Shown one piece after another: positions 34,065-43,502 of a DNA stretch of 51,969 bases. Position numbers and translations under genes: made by a program. Location of the stretch: contig ML002271.1 of NCBI GenBank assembly GCA_003614675.1, positions 1-51,969 on the forward strand. Reading direction: 5' to 3'. The notes beneath the pieces were generated by a model. The model was not told the DNA's origin. It did no database searches and worked only from the letters and a program-made list of their open reading frames with translations. The DNA is from Dimargaris cristalligena. Lineage: Eukaryota. Within the stretch, counting starts at the first letter, position 1. Each line of letters opens with the position of its first letter.

Positions 34065-35366
34065 ATGAGTTCACCACTTGAAGCTCTTTCGGTCATTTCC
34101 ACTAGCTACTGCCAAAGGTTGGTTTTGTTTAACCCTTAATGTACCTTGGTGGCTATAAAGAATTTTACCGACTGTTACATTGTATATTCTCAATGTATTT
34201 ATATTCCAGGCTCAATACAGAGGCTGCTTCATGCCTCCTCCGGAAACTCTAGTAGTGCCAAAGGTGGGGTATTTCGCCTGAATCTTTGGATATTTAATTA
34301 GCTAACCCTTTATCTAATCGGTATTTTGGACATTCCGGCATTGCTTGATAGCGTCGAAACATGGTTACAGAACCGCCAGACGTTCTCTAAAGTACAGTTC
34401 AAAGTGGGGTTTGAAAAGCATCGTAAGTTCAATAATGGCCTTCTCTCGAGAATATACCGTACTAATTATAGCCACCTCTTTAGGGCGAGTGTTAATGTTG
34501 GATGGACATACTGTGAATAAAATAATTAACGTCTGCTATCATGGATTTTACTAATCGTGGGCAGCTATTGATCGAGAGTCGATTGGATCGTATATTCAAC
34601 AAGGTATGATTTCATTATTCGGCCTCTTTTAAATGAGCCCGGTCGACACTAGGTGGAATTGCCTTTAATTATATCTCGATCATCTAAGCATCAATATGGT
34701 ATCAATTCTTCTAACTATTCATCGGCTTTCTTAATTTTCGATATAGCCAATGGATCACTAGAAGACATTTATTGTACAGCTGGCCAGGTGGAAGAAAGCA
34801 CATTTCAGAAGCAAGATGAGGTAGGATCCCGATTTTCAACCGTTACCAGTAATAGTATCTACATTGTCATTTGTCAGTTAGGTTCAGCGGAGGTCACAGT
34901 TTGCATATTAAGTAATATAGGCATCCATTTTTTTTATGCATGTGCCCTAGATCTATACAATCGCTGTTTTTGAAATTCTTCGTTATATTCGAGAGATAAA
35001 TCAAATGGTCGAGACTCAGGCGCAATTGGAGGTACTTCCCCCCTATTTATTATACATTACTACTTTGGACAATATGCGGTAATATCGGGTCATGGGCCAT
35101 TTTGCGTTTTATTATTATAATCGATTTGATAGCCATTTACTTAACATATTCGACTCTGGCCATGTTCGGATATATTTTGGTGGAATAATTACTTGTCATA
35201 TTAGGAACTCACTCTTAACGAGCTGCTTGACCCAGATGTAACTATGGATTACAAGGAAACGATCCGCGCCCTTTGGAAGCACGAGCCTTATTTAAATCGC
35301 TCTAAACTAAAGCATAGTATATTTCAGATTCAAGCCATTAATACTACTTTATCGACACCTTTATAG
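34065..35366 (+). CDS. Uncharacterised protein of about 173 aa encoded by 7 small exons (not resolved by the ORF track)
   Basis: Exons 34065-34117, 34210-34251, 34352-34422, 34565-34603, 34747-34820, 34951-35031 and 35205-35366 join without stops (522 nt). Exons 3-7 have canonical GT donors and YAG acceptors. The exon 2 donor (gtagtg) is weak, but skipping exon 2 also keeps the frame. Confidence 0.75.
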
Positions 35367-35671
35367 GCCCGCCATATTGGTAATTTAACAACATATTTCA
35401 ATAAATGAATAGGGAGATCAATGTAGCAAATGTCTTATTGGACTATATCACAATTAGCCACGCTGTCTACTAAACATAATCTAGGCCTAATTGTCACAGT
35501 TGGGATGATCCCATCACGGGGATTTTTCTTGTTGACGAATAAATTTATTTCCTGGATAATGGTAAACACTACATTTAGGAAGTGCCGCGAATGGGCACAA
35601 CCATAGTCAGGCCAATTTTACTAACCCATGCAACTCACCTTACCTTAAATACCCGCATTCGCTCGACCACC

Positions 35672-36810
35672 ATGGAACTCGCCGGTTACCACGAAGTAGG
35701 CCATCGGGCCCGATGGTCCGTTTCATCGGCCCGGGTGGACCTAGGCGCTGAACACCTCTACGATAATGACCTGACCACCTTTTGGCAGTAAGTGAATGCA
35801 AGGGGTAACCGGCGGGTCAACCGTTTTTAACTTGCCTTAACCCCTAGACCACCACTTCTCCTGGCAAAAGAGTCACGTCGTTTGTAGTGACCACGTCGGA
35901 GTTGAGCCCTCTTTCACTATGTGGCCCCTTTGTTCCGCCTATTCAATTATCACCTCAAGTTCGACAATATTAACCGGAGTTTTTAATGTTCAATGCGATT
36001 TAAACCAATTTACCTACAGGTCCGACGGTGTTCAGCCTCATTCCATCACGCTCCAATTTCCCCAGAGGACCGCGGTAAAGGTAAGTTACATTAGGAGACC
36101 ACCTTATTTCCGATCCGTGGTGGTGCTTTCATCTATTACGAAGTCTCCGCGCCCTTTATGTTCCCCGTCAACCCCCCAAAGGTTTGCTGATAAATGTTAT
36201 GGGTAATACCGGGGGGAGGGGGCTATAGCCTCTTCTGAACACGTATTTTGGCATCCTTACAACTCCAGCATTGTCGACTTATAACTATGTACATTTTTCC
36301 TGCCTGTTCCTAATCTTCATTATCCTCCCACCCTCTAGATTGTAGCTCTATACATGGACTACCAACAGGACGAGAGCTACACACCCAACTCCATTTCCGT
36401 TGTCGGAGGTAATTCCATAACTGACCTTCAGAAAATCATTACCCACGACTTCAAGGAGCCCGATGGTTGGGTCCAGGTACATTTAGCCGGCCTACACCAG
36501 CCCCCAGTTGACCTATTTACTCTCCGAGTTCTGGTCCACAGTAATCATCAATTTGGCAAAGATTGCCATATCCGGCAGATTAAGGTATTTGCTCCCCAAA
36601 CGTAAGTAACCTAGCTCATTCCTACTTCTAATTACATTGCTTTATACCATCCAATGTTCCAATATTTCATGGGTTTCTTAGTTATATTGGGTCTTAATCC
36701 GACGGATTTATGCTATTTTATTTTTTGACGGCCTCGTATACAGTACCTTAAAGTTCGACCCATTGGTCTACACCTCTCTCGAATTCAACATGGCTTCCCG
36801 AATTCGGTAG
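35672..36810 (+). CDS. APC10: Anaphase-promoting complex subunit 10 (Doc1), 4 exons
   Basis: ARWSVSS...LYDNDLTTFWQSDGVQPHSI...YMDYQQDESYTP...EPDGWV...NHQFGKDCHIRQIKVF. The last exon gives ...TSLEFNMASRIR*, the diagnostic C-terminal IR tail. Confidence 0.96.
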
Positions 36811-37171
36811 AGAAAACCATTGGGCTGGTTTCGTGGATTGGTGTCTCTCTATCCTTGACCATTTGGTGACAGTCGGCTATATCAGGCGCCACTGTAATTT
36901 TGAGATGATCTCCCTTATTTGCGTTCATTACAAACGATGATGTAATATTATTCCGGTGCATACCTCTATGCGTTTTTGTTTCGGTTATATGACCAAGCCG
37001 TCATTTTATTGATTGGTATCGTCTACCAACTAACTATTGTAACCCAAATAATTGTAGATTTTCGCATAACCGCTCTACTGAATGACCTGAAAGTTTATAG
37101 ATGGTTAGAGCGCTATATTTTTATTCTATAGATAGAACTAAGTAATAATTTGTAAGGAAAATGTATCAACA

Positions 37172-38368
37172 TCACAATCGTTCATACAAGTCTGGGTGAT
37201 TCATGCGGAAGCTAGCGGTGGCACTAGCCACTTGTGAAATCACCATCTCTTTCGCCCGACGAATATCAGCTGGGCGGGGAACTTTGTAAAAGTGAAGGTG
37301 GTGAATATTAGGTGCCTGAAGTTTTGGCAGATCAGTGCACCGATACCTACCGGTGGAAGAAGTTAAAAAATAGGGCCTAATCTCCCGCGCGATAGAGTCC
37401 CAACCAATGGCAAACATAAACATAGTTTGGGCTGGCTGTTTTAGAGCACTACGGATGAAACGGGTTAACTTAATATCAAAGTCGAGGGGTTGGATGTCTA
37501 GGTAGGCTGGAAGAGGTAGAAGGGCCAGCTTGAACTGATTGAAGTAGCCCATCACATGGTATCTTATTTTCTTCATGGCCTCCTCTTGGTATGCGTCAGA
37601 TTCAGCTGCCGGGTGGTTGTTGACGAATATGTTATTGGAAAGAGCCCGGCAATCCCGGACGGAGGCCTCGATTCGAAGTGATTCGGGCCGCTTATTACTC
37701 GGTTGTTTGTAACGATATTTGTCAGGTGAGTGGGGTTTCGGACTTTCATTTTGGGGTTGTGGGTTCCTCTGAGACTTGGTTAGCGAGCCTGCGAGAGCGG
37801 TGAGTACTGGTGGAAATATTAGATTCGTAGGTGTACTAGAGCCTGCGGGACTGGTGTTTTCGAACGGCTGCTGCTGGGTGTCTACACCAGTGCTGCTTGG
37901 TGTATCTACCAATAGATTCGGAGATTCAGGGCCCTGATTCGGGAGGGAACTCATGAGGTAGTTGCTATCGAATTCAGAGTAGCCCCAGGGGGTCAGCAGA
38001 GTGTCCCAGTCGATATCTAAACTGGTGGTGGAGGGGATATTGTTATCCAATATAAGACCCGGTCCATCATCCGCTGGATTACTTATTGGCGTAGTCGAAG
38101 CATATCCAAGCCAAATGGGATCGTCCGGAGGGGGTATGGGCTCTTCGACATCTTGGAATAAGGCCCTTAGGAATTCATCCTGAGTTAGGTCGATATGAGA
38201 ATGGGCGTGGTGACGTTGCCGCTGATTGGTATTCGAGGGAAAATGCGGTAGTTGTTGGTTTCGGCTGTCAAGCCCATAAGGTTGGCTTTGTACAGTCGAT
38301 AGTATCAATGTGAGGGCCAGCACGAGGTTCGCCGTCGACTTAGCACAGGCAATGAATCTATAGGACAT
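37172..38368 (-). CDS. Secreted orphan protein (candidate effector), intronless
   Basis: 398-aa ORF with a signal-peptide-like start (LVLALTLILSTVQS|QP), a disordered acidic/S/P/T-rich middle and an apparently folded C-terminal region of about 150 aa. TATA-like TATAAA at about 38525-38531 on the minus strand. Confidence 0.75.
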   Translation of the reverse strand: MSYRFIACAKSTANLVLALTLILSTVQSQPYGLDSRNQQLPHFPSNTNQRQRHHAHSHIDLTQDEFLRALFQDVEEPIPPPDDPIWLGYASTTPISNPADDGPGLILDNNIPSTTSLDIDWDTLLTPWGYSEFDSNYLMSSLPNQGPESPNLLVDTPSSTGVDTQQQPFENTSPAGSSTPTNLIFPPVLTALAGSLTKSQRNPQPQNESPKPHSPDKYRYKQPSNKRPESLRIEASVRDCRALSNNIFVNNHPAAESDAYQEEAMKKIRYHVMGYFNQFKLALLPLPAYLDIQPLDFDIKLTRFIRSALKQPAQTMFMFAIGWDSIAREIRPYFLTSSTGRYRCTDLPKLQAPNIHHLHFYKVPRPADIRRAKEMVISQVASATASFRMNHPDLYERL

Positions 38369-38603
38369 GTTGCTGAGGAATCGGACAAGTATCTAGAGAA
38401 AATAAATTTATAGAGCCTATTTTTTAAACGAATACTTGAGGCCACATTGGCATATATATTTCTTAATAATCAAAACAATGCTCCTTAAGGGCAATGTGAG
38501 AATAATGGGCTTGGGCAAAGCACCTTTATATAACCAAACGCGGCCCCATACGGCTTATCGGCCTATCTTGGTAGTACAGTTTCGGGCTCTTTAGCGAGTT
38601 ACC

Positions 38604-38801
38604 ATTGGTGGAAATACCAAAACTACGCAAGTTTTATTCATTGCAAGGTTTACAAAATATCCCGGTACAACCTTTGCCTAGATTCCGATTGGCGGAAAAA
38701 CAACGGCTCCAGGCGTCCAGGCCCACCTCGGGACCATGCAATTATAGGGAATTTATTCAGGTTTAATTTGCCCTAACTGCGGTTCTAGTATTTCCACCAA
38801 T
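38604..38801. mobile_element. Putative MITE / inverted-repeat element of about 200 bp
   Basis: Perfect 14-bp inverted repeat, ATTGGTGGAAATAC (38604-38617) and GTATTTCCACCAAT (38788-38801), extending imperfectly inward. Non-coding interior and no clear TSD. Confidence 0.4.
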
Positions 38802-41005
38802 ATGGGGCACTCCAACCCCCTCGTGAAACGTTGTGTATTAAATGTGCAATAGGGGGGATAATCCTGGTAGACCGCGCTAAAGAGCTGGTCAACTATTATG
38901 GTCGAGTCCCTCGTATTTGGGTAATTTTGATATGATGCGAAATTGTAGTTGATAAAAATTACGTCTATTGACGAAAGAGGTGTTCATAAGCGCCTTCTTT
39001 TAATGAACGTTGGCAACAATACCAACCTATAAGTGGGCAGGAGTCAATGTACTCACACTAATGGCAACTTTGGTATTGGGATGGTATTGTCAGATTTAGC
39101 GATGCCTTCCCAAGACCGCTGGTATTTTCTAATCTAAATTTGCTGATACAGAAATTGGATACCACACAACCTGGCCAAGATAGCCGTAATTAGGAATGCA
39201 GGTAAGGTTAGAATTGAGTAGCGATGTAAATTAAGGTCGCTTAGTTTTGGGCTAGCTATTGTACGTCTAGGACAGGTGCCCATTTGGAAAGTTAGCGAGG
39301 TCAGTAGCTTCCCCTTATCCCAAATCTGTTCAACCCATTAGTCAAAGAGATATTTTTTACATTTCCCAAGCGGCACCTTACTGATTCATAGTAGCACCAG
39401 TAGGTTAGTATTCTCAGCTACGCCATGCTGGTGGAAACAGTGGCCTGAATAGCGAGTTTACCTGCGAATAACAATATGCTATAACGATTCCTATAGTGCT
39501 AGTTTCTATTAACTCGCTGTCCATTCTTGAAGCGCCTTTTTAGTGGATACAGTTTAAGTTCGTTTAGCTGTTAAACCCACGGTTAATATATCTAGGTTAA
39601 CATTGGACTCCAGTGATAGATGGCTTGCCTTGCGCAGGTGGGATTGCATATTGATCGAGAGAAAATCAGAATCACTAGACCGGTGATGGGCCAGTATAGT
39701 CGACTAACCCCCTACATTCGACCTCGAGAGAGACATGGATGCATCGAGTTAATAGGCGTAGTGGCAAGTATGGACTATTGTAGCGATAAAAACTCGAAGT
39801 CAGGTGGCTGTGGCCATATCACACCCCTTAATTTACAACTATGTGTTCAAACCCCGACCAGCGTGTGAATGAAAATATCTGCTACTGCCTATTCCTGAAG
39901 AGTAGATATGCCGATCACCATCCATTTAGCGATGGTGTCGTGAGATGAGATAGCGGGGAAAATGATGATGCCCCCGGCAAGTTGACCATAACTGCGACTT
40001 ATCCGACACTATGTATCGAAGGGCAAAATAAACTGCCGCCCGTCTTTGGTGATGGCAGCGGAAGCTGAAAAAGACTTGTAGGGCATTGTGGCTATTTCGG
40101 AAGTGATGTGGTCAGTGCACCGTGTAGGTTGTTAGGGCGGCACTATCATCAACGCTTGTGGGAGGATTGGTATGTCTCAGGATAGTTTAGTCTATAAAAA
40201 GAGGCGTTCGCTGCTATTCACGTTTGGGGATGGGCTGGTCAAGCGGAGGGCCTACGTAGCCTACGAAGAAGCCATCGATAATCTACCGACAAGGTATCGA
40301 GTAAATAATTTTTATTATTATAGTTTTGACATTGGCTAACTTTCCTGCTTTCTAAATAAGGTTGAAGTACTATTCAGTAGCAAGACTCGATGATGCGAAA
40401 AGTAAAGGTTTTGGCTAGTCCTGCGAATTTTCAATGTATAAGAGGTATCCATAGTTGCTAACTCCGTTAAGTAGCGTTCGAGAAGATGAGGATATGGGCA
40501 GCGGCAATCACAAGCCACCTTTTGAATAGTGAACGACCTGCCCGCCTTTTCGAGTGGAGAATGTGGATACCTCCCCTACGTCAGGCTCGTTTCATCCGGG
40601 TGGGAGAAAGTCGATGGGGTTCGACGAATTCAACTACAATATCTGGGTTCTATCTAAAGTGTGCATTTGAGGAGATTTGGGTGACCGGCTCGTCACCTCT
40701 TCCCAAATCGATGGCAAGACATATTTCCACAAGTGAACGAAGTTCGGCTAGTTCCACTTGCGTGCCATACTTCCCTCACCGGTTAGCGCGGGGATAAAAA
40801 GACGAGGCCCGGCCCTCCGTTTATACCCATCATCAGCTCCGTTCATTTATCATTCGTTCTATTCTAACACTGCCCAGTCATTCGTCATTCGACTATCCAA
40901 TATTCACCACAGCAATCGGCCCAAGCAACATCTGCCTTTTCGACTCCAACTACAGCACCATTCATTCCAAGAAATCCTCTGTCCCCCCGCCATTATCAAC
41001 CAGCC

Positions 41006-42238
41006 ATGTCCACCAATTCGACGACCCAGATCCTCGCTTTTCCCAATGCCAGCGAGTCCGAGACTCGCCAACAGCGTCGCACATTCTGGGTTCGACTGAA
41101 CCGCTATGCCCGGAATACGGATATCCTGGCATTGGCATCCACCAATCGGGCTCATGCCAATGCCCTACGCCCCCACTGTTTCCGACATGTCCGCATATCC
41201 ACTGGGGTGGATTCGACCCATGGGGCATTCCGAACCATAGTCAACCACCAGGCAGCAATTGAACACGTAACTCTGGTTTTGGCGGATTGGTATGTCCGGG
41301 ATGATCTTTTCGGTGGCTTTCTGGGGATGATATTGAATTGCTTGGGTAATTTACAATGCCTAACGCTGGAGATTCATCATCCAGAGCTACTAAATTGGGT
41401 GGGGAAGTTATTGCAGAGCACTGTCCAGGTAGTCAAACAGTTGCGGATTGTCAGTCCAGCAAACTCCCCATTCAAGATGGAATTACCATCTTGTCTGGTT
41501 CCTTTTGGCGGCCCATTTCTTAATGGCCCCAATCGGATACAGAAAATCACCATTGGGAGAGGAGTTGTCTGCGACACATTCAACTGGGGGTTTTTCATGC
41601 GGCTTTTCCCGCAGCTCCAGTGTCTAGTGCTCCAAGACGTTGACCTTCATTACCCGCTGAAGTTCATTCAGGCCGTAAGTTTGGGCGGCCTGGAACAGCT
41701 GGTAATGAAGAACGTCTTCGCGTACAGCTCGGTGGTATCCCCCACCACCCCTTCCCACTCGACCCCGAGGACGTCAATGCACCTCACCAGTTTAGTATTA
41801 AATGGTGTGGGGCTAGGCGATACTGTGCTCAAGAGCATAGTGGACCTCTTGGGACCCGGGCTTTGCATTCTGCGATTGATCAATTGCACTTGCAATCAGT
41901 GGGAAGTGAGCTACGCCCTCGCCCAATGCTCCTGGTTGACTCATTTTGATTTGAGTCACCGGGATGAAGTATTCACAAGGGACCTTTTCCCCAGTGAATT
42001 CGCATCAAAAAATATCTTATACTTGCGGCTGGCCTTTAATTTTGTCGCGATTGCATGGTTCCAACCGGCGCTATGCAAGCTGCAACAACTGAGGCAGCTT
42101 AGCCTATACAAGCCCACGTGTCCTCAGCTTCAGAGGATTCGCCGGGCTCTTCCTCAGTTGGCGATTCATTTTATTACCACTGAGGAATTCAACAATCTCG
42201 TAAACCGAGAATATGTTGAACGGGTAGCTGACAGATAG
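41006..42238 (+). CDS. Divergent F-box/leucine-rich-repeat (RNI-like) protein, intronless
   Basis: 410-aa ORF. F-box-like FWVRLNRY...DILALASTNR...LRPHCFRHVRI, then LRR-like units (LGNLQCLTL, FPQLQCLVL, LTSLVL, LTHFDLS, LRQLSL). Confidence 0.75.
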   Translation: MSTNSTTQILAFPNASESETRQQRRTFWVRLNRYARNTDILALASTNRAHANALRPHCFRHVRISTGVDSTHGAFRTIVNHQAAIEHVTLVLADWYVRDDLFGGFLGMILNCLGNLQCLTLEIHHPELLNWVGKLLQSTVQVVKQLRIVSPANSPFKMELPSCLVPFGGPFLNGPNRIQKITIGRGVVCDTFNWGFFMRLFPQLQCLVLQDVDLHYPLKFIQAVSLGGLEQLVMKNVFAYSSVVSPTTPSHSTPRTSMHLTSLVLNGVGLGDTVLKSIVDLLGPGLCILRLINCTCNQWEVSYALAQCSWLTHFDLSHRDEVFTRDLFPSEFASKNILYLRLAFNFVAIAWFQPALCKLQQLRQLSLYKPTCPQLQRIRRALPQLAIHFITTEEFNNLVNREYVERVADR

Positions 42239-43502
42239 TTGGCTACCTTTTTATTATTTTATATCATTAATAAATTGGCTTTTTTAGTATATATTTTCGA
42301 GATGGAAATGGGGGCTAGTATTTATACCCGGGTAGGCGAGGCCCAATAACCATAAGTATGTTTACGTTCAGGGGGATATTGGGAGGTTGTTGTTATTTTG
42401 GAGGAGCAATTTTTATGGCCGAATAAAGTCGCTAAACAATCGAAGTGGCTATTGGACAGCTAGGGTCGTACAATGTGGTATGATGGGTTGGAAAATGAGC
42501 TGCCTTGTCGACATTCGTGGTTATTTGTACGGTGGCTTACTTCCGAACCATGTCAAGCCCGGATGCCAAACTATTTCTACTTTGGCCACAGTATATCCCC
42601 CGACGCCTCGCCGATTATATCCAAATTATTGCACATTTCAAACCAACCCCTTCCTAATCGAATACAAAGAGGGGAGGGGGGTCGACTTCCTAAGAATATT
42701 ATCTTTATTGAATGGGGCCGTTAAGGGTATTCCATCCGGTATGCTTACGAAACTATATCGCCTCTATTGGAAGCTTACCTATCATCCACTTCAGTATTGG
42801 TCGCTCGATTTATTTCACGTCACTGCTTGTTTTTATTACTCTAACCGCGGAGTAGGTTTAGATCATACATATAGTAATTGGATCGGGAGGTATATTACCA
42901 GGTTGCCGGTGTCCCTTGCAGACCGCCGAACCTCAAGGTGGCCTAACCAGAGTAACCCAGTTACATACTTCCTGGCAGTAACCCCAGTAGGCCCACGGCA
43001 ATAACCACTAAAGCTTTAGCAGTTAACATATCCGCGTCCATAAACCAATCAAAAAGCACTTCTAGTATAGCTGGGTAGCGTTATCAGTTTTAAAATAAAA
43101 TAAAAACATGATAAAATATCGTGGCCCACAATAAGCCATGACGTTGAAAAGGGTGTAGACAGGATCTAGTAACTTAACATACGAAACTGCCCGGTTTAAT
43201 AAAGCATGGTAATAAATTCATCGGCGTAAACACCAATCGTAATGGGAGGAGGAAGGGGGGGGGGATTGTTTACGAATATCGTTTGGATAGATTGCTTCAA
43301 TCCAGTAAGGTGGCATAAGGGCCAAAGCTAAAACTATAGCAAAGGGATGATGGGTGCAACCATGATTTCAAATTACACATAGGGGTGGTGGGTCGGGGAG
43401 ATGGAGATGGAGAGCCCCCCCCCTCCGCACAACCACCGGCGTAGACGATTACCGGTTCAATAGGTTTCCTTTGATTACAACGGCCCGAGTTAATGAATAC
43501 GA

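Noticed and set aside
42387..43004. 205-aa plus-strand ORF
   Set aside because: Non-ATG start, random-like composition and no motifs; probably spurious, though not excluded.
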